From a virus, in UHGV virus genome UHGV-1603728: 18,018 nucleotides of DNA, one strand, 5' to 3'. Of the stretch, positions 7,456 through 14,051 are shown piece by piece; positions within the stretch are counted from its first letter, which is position 1; each line of letters opens with the position of its first letter. Made by a program: the position numbers and the translations under genes. The notes beneath the pieces are model-generated. The model saw only the letters and a program-made list of their open reading frames with translations. It had not been told where the DNA came from and searched no databases.

Positions 7456-7967
7456 TGATGGCCCCCGTCATTTCTGGTGCTTTTCACCGTGCGGCTTCTT
7501 AAAAACCTGCCATCACGAACAACAGACACTTCTCGTTTACCCAACCTCATTTCACGGCGGTAACATTCAGAAAATGCCTCGTCCGGCATCATATAAATGC
7601 GACGCTTCGCCTCCGTATCCAGAAGGGAACGGCTTGGGGTTACATATAAAAACGACTCATCAATAGGGACAAAACCACGAGCAAGAATTGCTGGCAGAAT
7701 GCCAGGAAGAACGCAGAAAACAGCTCCACGATGCAGCAACATCTGGTACTCCATGACCTCCGTTATCCCCGTGACTACTGTTACGGTGTCACGTCTGTTA
7801 CGGCTGGCAACCAGTCGCTGCACACGTCCAATTTTCTGATCTACAGATAGATGTTTGCTATCGTTATCAATATGATCGATAACAAATCCTTTAATCGTTT
7901 GATCAAGGTAGTGCACCACCTTCGATTGAATCTGGTGATTATCACCAAAGAAGGCCAGAATCATCAT
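7452..7967 (-). CDS. Hypothetical nin-region-like protein (171 aa)
   Basis: ORF whose ATG overlaps the Cro-like gene stop (ATGA); part of the overlapping-gene operon. Confidence 0.5.
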   Translation of the reverse strand: MMILAFFGDNHQIQSKVVHYLDQTIKGFVIDHIDNDSKHLSVDQKIGRVQRLVASRNRRDTVTVVTGITEVMEYQMLLHRGAVFCVLPGILPAILARGFVPIDESFLYVTPSRSLLDTEAKRRIYMMPDEAFSECYRREMRLGKREVSVVRDGRFLRSRTVKSTRNDGGHQ

Positions 7968-8458
7968 TCCTCAAGCCTCCCAAGTGCTGAACGCCGGGCG
8001 TTGCTAATCTCCTTATGAATCAGCTCGATATCGCTGGAATCTTTATTCTTAAACTCCAGCACGGCAATCGCATCACGAACCTCTGAAACGGTTACGTGTG
8101 AGTGTTTCCAGCGAGCAATGAATCGCGGACCGCGTAGATTGCAACGCTCCGCAGGCATCCCCAGCTCAGAGAAAACCGCTTTCAGCCTTGATAAGCAGTT
8201 AACAGGGAGATTCCCTTTGATCTTGTTCTGCCGAACCGATGTGCCATCGCTACGCTGGCGCTGACGTTCGGCAAAATCTGCCGCCCATTGCTGGACGTTA
8301 ATCCGGCCTTCCGAATACGCCACCAGCAGCGTCAGGTTATCCGCACGAGGGAATCTCTCGAAGCGATACCAGGCACCAATCAGTGATGACGTAAAGCCAA
8401 ACTTTCTGGCAACACCAATTTGGCCTCCATTTTCGTCAACCCACTCCTGAAAGGTCAT
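7964..8458 (-). CDS. Cro/YdaS-like HTH regulator with a roughly 100-aa C-terminal extension
   Basis: N-terminus WVDENGGQIGVARKFGFTSSLIGAWY matches the Cro/YdaS HTH pattern. It is divergent from the CI-like gene, with operators and a putative promoter upstream. Confidence 0.5.
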   Translation of the reverse strand: MTFQEWVDENGGQIGVARKFGFTSSLIGAWYRFERFPRADNLTLLVAYSEGRINVQQWAADFAERQRQRSDGTSVRQNKIKGNLPVNCLSRLKAVFSELGMPAERCNLRGPRFIARWKHSHVTVSEVRDAIAVLEFKNKDSSDIELIHKEISNARRSALGRLEE

Positions 8459-8477
8459 TTAACGAACTCCAGTTAAA

Positions 8478-8513
8478 ACCACGATATGTGGTATTAAAAC
8501 CACATATCGTGAG
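8478..8513. promoter_or_regulatory. Operators O1 (ACCACgatatGTGGT) and O2 (ACCACatatcGTGag), forming a 13-bp-arm inverted repeat
   Basis: 8479-8491 and 8500-8512 are reverse complements at 12 of 13 positions. They overlap the putative leftward promoter (-35 TTGAAA at 8521..8516, -10 TTTAAT at 8498..8493). Confidence 0.5.
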
Positions 8514-8580
8514 TTTTTCAATGGGCGAAACAAAAAATAACCTTCTATTTGTGGTCCACCTCTCGTCTTACCATGTGAAA

Positions 8581-8595
8581 ACCACTAAATGTGGT
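8581..8595. promoter_or_regulatory. Operator O3 (ACCACtaaatGTGGT) upstream of the CI-like gene
   Basis: Perfect half-site palindrome of the same family, about 40 bp upstream of the CI-like start. Confidence 0.5.
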
Positions 8596-8632
8596 AATGT
8601 ATAAATAACCCACCATTCACGATTGATGAGAC

Positions 8633-9289
8633 ATGAAAAGCAACGACGAGAACATCAAGAAAGAAATAGGTCTGCGCATTCAGACTCTACGGAAACAATC
8701 CGGCATGACTGCCGGAGATCTCCAGCAAGTCACTGGAATAGGCTTAAGCACCTTGCAGAACTATGAGGCCGGATTAAGACAACCATCTATACCTGCCATC
8801 AAGAAAATCGCGCACGCCCTGAAAGCATCAGCGCCTTATATCGCGTGCTTAACAGATAACCCGTTCCCACCCCAGAATACTAACGCTCCTGTTATTCCTG
8901 GGCTTGTAGCTATAAAAAATGACATAGCATCGCACGCCGGAGAAAAGCCAGTGCTGGCGATAGAACAGGAGATTCTACGAAGCAAGAACATCAACCCATC
9001 GTCTCTGTCAGTTCTCCAGAGCAACGATGAGTTAATGTCACCAACAATATCCCCAGGCTCCCAAGTCCTGATTAATACAGACGATACAGAGATTCATGAG
9101 GGGATCTATGCCCTTGAAGACAGAAATGGCCTGGTTGTTTTGAGGCACTGTAGAGTCATACCGGGTGACAATGCTGTTATGCTGTCAACCGAAAGGGATG
9201 CTGAAATGAACACTAAGCATCTGAATAACGAGGAATTTAAGCGTTATAAAGTTCTGGGCCGCGTAGTTAGTGTTGTCAACTGGTTATGA
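8633..9289 (+). CDS. CI-like repressor: N-terminal XRE HTH plus C-terminal S24 (LexA-like) peptidase-fold domain
   Basis: HTH segment LRKQSGMTAGDLQQVTGIGLSTLQNYEAG. The C-terminus (ELMSPT ... NGLVVLRHCRV ... GRVVSVVNWL) parallels the LexA/CI C-terminal domain. Confidence 0.7.
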   Translation: MKSNDENIKKEIGLRIQTLRKQSGMTAGDLQQVTGIGLSTLQNYEAGLRQPSIPAIKKIAHALKASAPYIACLTDNPFPPQNTNAPVIPGLVAIKNDIASHAGEKPVLAIEQEILRSKNINPSSLSVLQSNDELMSPTISPGSQVLINTDDTEIHEGIYALEDRNGLVVLRHCRVIPGDNAVMLSTERDAEMNTKHLNNEEFKRYKVLGRVVSVVNWL

Positions 9290-9331
9290 TACACAGCACG
9301 GCGAAAGCCGTGCATTTCTACGCTCAAAAAA

Positions 9332-9346
9332 ACCACGCTTTGTGGT
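9332..9346. promoter_or_regulatory. Operator O4 (ACCACgctttGTGGT) upstream of the 124-aa gene
   Basis: Same ACCAC-N5-GTGGT family; TTGACA follows immediately at 9348-9353. Confidence 0.45.
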
Positions 9347-9381
9347 TTTGACAACATGTGAAAGTATAAAAGAGGCTACGC

Positions 9382-9756
9382 ATGGAATTACATACAGCCA
9401 ATAAAAACGAAACTCTGATCACTGCTGGAATCGAAATCCAAGCGTTGAACATAGCGATTGAGTGTATGTTATGCCAAATCATTGATAATGAGAAAGATAT
9501 CGACTGGATAGAATCTATCCTTCATCTGGCATCAGAACAAAAAGTCTGCCTCAAAACGGCCTTACAATACGATGTGCCAGCGGTATCGAAGCTGTGCCAG
9601 CCATTGATGGCATATAACAGGGCTATTATTTCTGTATGCCTCATGATTCTCGATGAAAACACCCCTCTTAGCGACCGCTCAGAAGCTGCTCTAACCCTCT
9701 CACGTAAACAGCGACAGCTAGCAAATCAACTGATATCAACGATAGCTGACCTCTGA
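9382..9756 (+). CDS. Hypothetical protein (124 aa)
   Basis: ORF with SD AGAGG 6 nt upstream, followed by an 8-bp hairpin at 9759-9780. Confidence 0.45.
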   Translation: MELHTANKNETLITAGIEIQALNIAIECMLCQIIDNEKDIDWIESILHLASEQKVCLKTALQYDVPAVSKLCQPLMAYNRAIISVCLMILDENTPLSDRSEAALTLSRKQRQLANQLISTIADL

Positions 9757-9782
9757 CTGCAAGCGGGCTAACGCCCGCTTAT

Positions 9783-9882
9783 ATGATTATAGATTTATAT
9801 AATTATATAAAACGCTTTTCATCAGCCAAAAAGTTGGTTATGCTTACCTCGTTCTATAAATATAGATTTATAGAATTATATA
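9783..9882. promoter_or_regulatory. Iteron clusters S3 and S4 upstream of parA (centromere/operator-like)
   Basis: ttatagatttatataattatataa (9787-9810) and ctataaatatagatttatagaattatataa (9854-9882), made of TATAGATTT and TATATAA units in both orientations. Confidence 0.5.
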
Positions 9883-9906
9883 ACCAAACACATGGAGTCT
9901 CGACAA

Positions 9907-10560
9907 ATGACTATCTCTGTAGGTATTTTCAACGGAAAAGGCGGCGTAACCAAATCAACAATTGCCCGTGCTTTAGCAGTTGCTTATGCAAAGGCCGGCT
10001 GGAATGTATGCCTGATCGATATGGATGTGCTTAACGGAACGGTAACGCGTTGGGTACAACGCAGAATGGCCAACAATATCGAACCTGCAATCGCGGCGCA
10101 GCCGTGCGGCACACCATCACAAGTCCAGAAAATCATCGAATCAGAAGTATACGACCTGGTTATCGTCGATGGCGGTGCCTACGCATCTGAATCAGTACCG
10201 AAGCTCTCTGAATTTCTGGATATGGTTATTTTGCCAACCAGATTCTCTACCGATGACCTGGAAACCACCGTTAACACAGCTCATGGCATCGTTAAAAAGG
10301 GTGTGCCAATCAAGAAAATTTGCATGGTGTTCTCAGGCGCGGCTGAAAACGAAGCCGACTACATTGAAGCCCAAGAGTACCTGGCTAATACGCCATACTT
10401 TGTTGTCGATAAGTACATTCCCCACAAGCCAGCTCTGAGCAAAGCTCAGGATAAGGGCTTAAGCCTCATTGAGTGCTCATACGTTGCGCCACGCAAAAAG
10501 GCAGACGACGTTATTCAGGGGATTATCAACCAGCTTGAGGCTCTGACTACTGCCGCGTAA
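9907..10560 (+). CDS. ParA/ParF-family partition ATPase (small ParA with deviant Walker A)
   Basis: Deviant Walker A KGGVTKST near the N-terminus, about 218 aa, no N-terminal HTH. SD GGAG upstream of ATG 9907. Confidence 0.8.
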   Translation: MTISVGIFNGKGGVTKSTIARALAVAYAKAGWNVCLIDMDVLNGTVTRWVQRRMANNIEPAIAAQPCGTPSQVQKIIESEVYDLVIVDGGAYASESVPKLSEFLDMVILPTRFSTDDLETTVNTAHGIVKKGVPIKKICMVFSGAAENEADYIEAQEYLANTPYFVVDKYIPHKPALSKAQDKGLSLIECSYVAPRKKADDVIQGIINQLEALTTAA

Positions 10561-10591
10561 TATATAATTATAGTTTTATAGATTTATATAA
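10559..10591. promoter_or_regulatory. Iteron cluster S5 between parA and the ParG-like gene
   Basis: tatataattatagttttatagatttatataa, the same unit family as S2-S4. Confidence 0.45.
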
Positions 10592-10603
10592 GAGGGGATA
10601 CAC

Positions 10604-10852
10604 ATGGCCGCACCATCAAAACCACCAAAGAAGAACAGCAAAGGCGTACCGCCATCGATCGAACAACCGCAGGTTTTCGACCCGACTGAAACGCCAACCA
10701 GAACCAAATCAGGTGGGGCACAAATGGCGTTTAACGTCGACCCTGAATTTAAACGTGAGTACAAAACATTCGCCAGCTCAATGGATATGTCATTGAAAGA
10801 AGTGCTGACAAAATCTTTTGAGTTACTCAAGGCTCAATACAACCAGAAGTAA
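10604..10852 (+). CDS. ParG-like ribbon-helix-helix centromere-binding protein
   Basis: 82 aa, directly downstream of the ParA-like gene. The C-terminus AFNVDPEFKREYKTFASSMDMSLKEVLTKSFELLK follows the RHH pattern of ParG (VNFDEEKHTRFKAACARKGTSITDVVNQLV). SD AGAGGGG upstream. Confidence 0.6.
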   Translation: MAAPSKPPKKNSKGVPPSIEQPQVFDPTETPTRTKSGGAQMAFNVDPEFKREYKTFASSMDMSLKEVLTKSFELLKAQYNQK

Positions 10853-10914
10853 GAGAAGGTGACGGCCTCCAGCGCCAACTGTTGGCCGTCGCGACACAAC
10901 AAGGGGAATTTGTT

Positions 10915-11064
10915 ATGTCCGAACAACAATATACACGGTTACTGAAAACTCGTCTAACCGACCTCAAACGGCTGCAAGCTGGTCGCTTATTTGCCCTGCT
11001 ATCCACCAGGCCAGAATGGGTACGTGAAGCAGTTCTGAAAGGCTTAATGCGCTCCAGCGTTTAA
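10915..11064 (+). CDS. Hypothetical small protein (49 aa); doubtful
   Basis: Short ORF with SD AAGGGGA upstream of ATG 10915; ends just before the convergent terminator hairpin. Confidence 0.3.
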   Translation: MSEQQYTRLLKTRLTDLKRLQAGRLFALLSTRPEWVREAVLKGLMRSSV

Positions 11065-11074
11065 ATTCAGCCAT

Positions 11075-11098
11075 AAAAAAAGGCCCCCGAAGGGGCCT
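11075..11098 (-). terminator. Intrinsic terminator (7-bp GC stem, CGAA loop), effective mainly on the minus strand
   Basis: AGGCCCC-cgaa-GGGGCCU with a run of 7 T on the minus strand, directly downstream of the small hydrophobic ORF. Confidence 0.6.
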
Positions 11099-11103
11099 AA
11101 TCG

Positions 11104-11226
11104 CTACTTGCTGCTAATGTTTATCGTCACATTCAGAGCGTTATCAGTAATCTTCCAACCCTCCCCATGTGGCGTAAACAAAGCTCCAGTAACAACGATA
11201 AAAATACACATGTAGTATTTTTTCAT
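11104..11226 (-). CDS. Small hydrophobic peptide (40 aa), candidate type I toxin
   Basis: MKKYYMCIFIVVTGALFTPHGEGWKITDNALNVTINISSK has one N-terminal hydrophobic helix. It is followed by a terminator and preceded by a long 5' leader containing a 20-nt box complementary to a divergent RNA. Confidence 0.35.
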   Translation of the reverse strand: MKKYYMCIFIVVTGALFTPHGEGWKITDNALNVTINISSK

Positions 11227-11290
11227 TGTGTGGCCCTTACAGGCCGTTTCACGGCATCCCCACCGACGAAAATGTCGCGAGAGCAAGCAC

Positions 11291-11310
11291 GCTGTTTGTG
11301 CCTGCGTGGT
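11291..11310. repeat. 20-nt box copy 1 (GCTGTTTGTGCCTGCGTGGT), in the putative leader of the small-peptide mRNA
   Basis: Identical at 19 of 20 positions to 11541-11560. Confidence 0.6.
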
Positions 11311-11498
11311 ACGGCAAGTGGATAATCCTTTCCTGAAAGTCAGTGCCCGGGTGCGAATCGGCGGAAAGGCCCCAAGCCATATTACACGTCATACCCTTCA
11401 TAATGAAGGAATAAAAAACGCTTTTATTACATAAGATTACACGTAAATAAGTTAAAAACCTTCATTTTGCATGAGCTAATGAGCTAAATTTTTTTATA

Positions 11499-11516
11499 TG
11501 AATAGTGGACTATTCA
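11499..11516. promoter_or_regulatory. Perfect palindrome TGAATAGT-GG-ACTATTCA
   Basis: 8-bp arms with a 2-bp spacer, between the divergent putative promoters and 25 bp upstream of box copy 2. Confidence 0.4.
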
Positions 11517-11643
11517 CCTCAGTTGGGTAAGAATGTAGTTGCTGTTTGTGCTTGCGTGGTTGTATTAGTACAACGACGTTATGCTGAAAGGACCGCGAAT
11601 CCGATCAGCACGAAAGAACCGTCCTCAATAGGGCGGTTTTTTT
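11500..11643 (+). ncRNA. Candidate antisense sRNA (antitoxin-like) containing box copy 2 (11541-11560) and ending at an intrinsic terminator
   Basis: No credible ORF. Box copy 2 read on the plus strand is complementary to the minus-strand transcript at box copy 1 (19 Watson-Crick pairs and 1 G-U). The 5' end is not defined. Confidence 0.3.
11617..11643 (+). terminator. Rho-independent terminator (plus strand)
   Basis: 9-bp stem AACCGUCCU / AGGGCGGUU with loop CAAU, followed by a run of 7 T. Confidence 0.65.
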
Positions 11644-12197
11644 GTTTCTCCCCCTTCCTTCCCAAATGATTCAAATGTTAATGAGAGAGAATCATTTGAT
11701 ATGTTCGATTTAGCGCCGTTATCGACCCAATTTCTGTATGCTTCATCACAACAGTACCTTACAGCAGTTGGAATAACAGGAGAGCCGCCCAGAAATGAAA
11801 ATCCCATTGAGCTTATGCTAATTCTTTCGAATGGCCTATTTCTCAATGCTTCAAATCCCTTGCTGTTGAAGTAACTCAGCATCAGAGGTAAAAGGTTATC
11901 CTCGTCTTGACTGATTGTTCCCGGGAAAAAGTAGTAACCATGGCGATTAAATTCGGGAATCAGTTTTTCTACCAACAACATGAAATTCATTGGGGTAATA
12001 TTAAGGGCAGAGCAAGCACCAAAAAGAGCATCAACCGTTAATACAGACTGTCCGTTCTCTATCTTTGTCCATGCGTTTGGTGTTTTTCCAGCAGCTTGAG
12101 CCAGCACTCCTTGATGCACACCTCTTTCTAGCCTAAGTTCTTTTATGATCATTAGGTGGATTGTTGAAAAACATGAGTTTTTTGACGTTTCAGTCAT
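11625..12197 (-). CDS. XRE-family HTH regulator with a C-terminal domain of unknown function
   Basis: Start trimmed to MTETSK (ATG 12197, SD GGGGAT upstream). HTH segment IKELRLERGVHQGVLAQAAGKTPNAWTKIENGQ. Divergent from the antirepressor operon. Confidence 0.55.
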   Translation of the reverse strand: MTETSKNSCFSTIHLMIIKELRLERGVHQGVLAQAAGKTPNAWTKIENGQSVLTVDALFGACSALNITPMNFMLLVEKLIPEFNRHGYYFFPGTISQDEDNLLPLMLSYFNSKGFEALRNRPFERISISSMGFSFLGGSPVIPTAVRYCCDEAYRNWVDNGAKSNISNDSLSLTFESFGKEGGETKKPPY

Positions 12198-12335
12198 TTT
12201 TTTATCCCCATATTGAATTTTTTCCTTGTTCCCAACTTTAACAAAACACCACAACTCAGGATTGAGTCATTCCTTACAGGAACTATACATTCCCGTCTTT
12301 GGTATATCAAGAAAATTAAAAGCTCGGCATTCAAA

Positions 12336-12350
12336 CCCACACTATGTGGT
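12336..12350. promoter_or_regulatory. Operator O5 (cCCACactatGTGGT) between the HTH gene and the antirepressor operon
   Basis: Same ACCAC-N5-GTGGT family as the sites around the CI-like gene. TTGACA lies at 12375-12380. Confidence 0.4.
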
Positions 12351-12513
12351 TTAGTCTGTTAAAATCCCTCTGTATTGACATGAATGCGCCATTGGTGGAC
12401 ACTTTCCGAGCCGTAGCAAAATCTACGGTCGGGATTAGCCTCCTGAATAACACGATGGCGCATACCGCGTTAGCGGTTTTTTTTATGCGTAGAGCACTGT
12501 TACGCCCAAATTA

Positions 12514-12592
12514 TGGTGGGTCGTACAGGGGCGGAGAAATCCGCGCCGGTTCGTCATTGTGTCCGGTAAGGCTAACCCTGTACGGCTCACCA
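12514..12592 (+). ncRNA. Structured RNA element resembling phage P1 c4 antisense RNA
   Basis: 17-bp closing stem (12514-12530 with 12576-12592) enclosing a GAAA-tetraloop hairpin (12531-12544) and a hairpin with a 13-nt loop (12546-12566). Loop sequences are complementary to flanking target boxes and to the start codon of the downstream small ORF. Confidence 0.4.
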
Positions 12593-12646
12593 CCATTTGA
12601 TTAGCCTCGAATGGCGGTGATAGTTCCATATACTGGAGATATCACA

Positions 12647-12838
12647 ATGACAAACCTACCCCATGACTATTACGTCAACCTCGTAAAGATCCTTCTCAAG
12701 AAAGCCTCATACGCCGATAAATTCCGCCTGGCTGAAATCATCGAGCGCGAAGCTATGCGCATCGCCAGCAACGATAACGCTGTTTCTGACGCAAAAATCT
12801 CCCTCGTAACCAAAGTAGTTATGGGAGGTGCAAAATGA
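12647..12838 (+). CDS. Small protein translationally coupled to the antirepressor (icd-like position)
   Basis: ATG 12647 with SD GGAG 8 nt upstream; its stop overlaps the antirepressor ATG (ATGA). An alternative ATG at 12611 has no SD. Confidence 0.45.
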   Translation: MTNLPHDYYVNLVKILLKKASYADKFRLAEIIEREAMRIASNDNAVSDAKISLVTKVVMGGAK

Positions 12839-14016
12839 AAACGCTTCCGACCGTTAACACCCTACAGCCTATCCTGCATAACCAAATCCCCGTTATCACT
12901 ACTGAACTACTGGCAAAGCTATACGGCACAGACGTTGATAACATCAAAAAAAATTACTCACGTAACGCAAACCGCTTTATTGAAGGAAAGCATTTTTTCA
13001 AAGTGGCTGGCGATGAGTTAAAAACTTTGCGAGTGACTTTAAGTCACTCACAAAATTTGCGACTGGTTTTAAACGAGTCACAAAATGAGGTGCAAATTTC
13101 CCCCAAAACTCGCTCTCTCATCCTCTGGACAGAACGCGGGGCTGCACGTCACGCCAAAATGCTTGAAACTAACCAAGCGTGGGATGTGTTCGAACGGCTG
13201 GAAGACTGCTACTTCAACCAGAACGCGCAAACGGCCGCGACCGTTACCGTCTCGCCAAACAATGCTCGTGAGGTTGTCGATACGCTCAACGCCAAACCGA
13301 TGTTTTACATTAAAGTGTGCAACAACGAGCCACTCACAACCTCAGCCGATGTTGCCCAGGCATTCAGCACCACAAACAATTCCATCGTTATGGCCATCGA
13401 TGCGCTACGCATTCCTCGCACGGCTGCGGCGCGTCACTTCTTTAAAGAGCAACGACCGCTGGAAGGAAGCGACCGCGAAATAACAATCTATCGCATGACA
13501 AAAGACGGATTTACCTTACTCATGGAGAGCATCGACGGTCCAAGCGTGAAAGATATCAAGCTGGCCTACATTGAAGCCTTTAACGCTATCAGCAGCGTGT
13601 TAAAAACACAGTACGAGCGTGATCTGGCTAAACGACTGTACCAGGAAAAAACGATTATCCGCGCGGCAACAGAGCATAATCGGCTATTAACGGAACCGAA
13701 CTACAGGAAGGAACTAATCAAGGAGTTTGACAAGGCAACAGGGAAAACCAAAGCGGCGCTAAATCTGCCAGCAATGACTCAGGAAAATGTGATATCAGCC
13801 TTACTTCTTGATCTGCTCAGAAACGCCAGAGCACTGATCAGCTTTGACGAAAACCTGAATCCTCAGCTCAAGCTACTACCACCGACAGGCAAAGTAGTCG
13901 ACCAGGCAGATCACAACAGCATACTCAGCGTACTGGATGCAAACCTACCAGCCAGGACACTACAGGAACTGATAAAGATATCGGCGGATAAACTGGCCGC
14001 AGGTGCAAAACCATAA
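12835..14016 (+). CDS. Phage antirepressor (ORF6N/KilA-type N-terminal region with Rha-like central domain)
   Basis: N-terminus PVITTELLAKLYGTDVDNIKKNYSRNANRFIEGKHFF is ORF6N-like; the centre PLTTSADVAQAFSTTNNSIVMAIDAL is Rha/Ant-like. 393 aa, SD GGAGG 6 nt upstream. Confidence 0.75.
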   Translation: MKTLPTVNTLQPILHNQIPVITTELLAKLYGTDVDNIKKNYSRNANRFIEGKHFFKVAGDELKTLRVTLSHSQNLRLVLNESQNEVQISPKTRSLILWTERGAARHAKMLETNQAWDVFERLEDCYFNQNAQTAATVTVSPNNAREVVDTLNAKPMFYIKVCNNEPLTTSADVAQAFSTTNNSIVMAIDALRIPRTAAARHFFKEQRPLEGSDREITIYRMTKDGFTLLMESIDGPSVKDIKLAYIEAFNAISSVLKTQYERDLAKRLYQEKTIIRAATEHNRLLTEPNYRKELIKEFDKATGKTKAALNLPAMTQENVISALLLDLLRNARALISFDENLNPQLKLLPPTGKVVDQADHNSILSVLDANLPARTLQELIKISADKLAAGAKP

Positions 14017-14051
14017 AACAAAGCGCCCGATTTGGGCGCTTCTTCAATTCT
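14011..14051. terminator. Bidirectional terminator between convergent genes
   Basis: 7-bp stem AGCGCCC / GGGCGCU (14021-14039) with T-rich flanks on both strands. Confidence 0.55.

Noticed and set aside
9783-10034. 83-aa plus-strand ORF starting in the iteron region
   Set aside because: Begins inside AT-rich iterons and runs out of frame into parA; the ParA frame with Walker A is the real gene.
11228-11434. 68-aa plus-strand ORF
   Set aside because: No RBS; lies in the putative divergent promoter/leader region of the candidate toxin/sRNA locus.
12344-12604. 86-aa plus-strand ORF
   Set aside because: Spans the operator, an intrinsic terminator hairpin and the c4-like structured RNA; stem-loop-rich sequence is better explained as RNA.
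13085-13483. 132-aa plus-strand ORF
   Set aside because: Alternative frame inside the antirepressor gene; Arg/Ser/Pro-rich translation.
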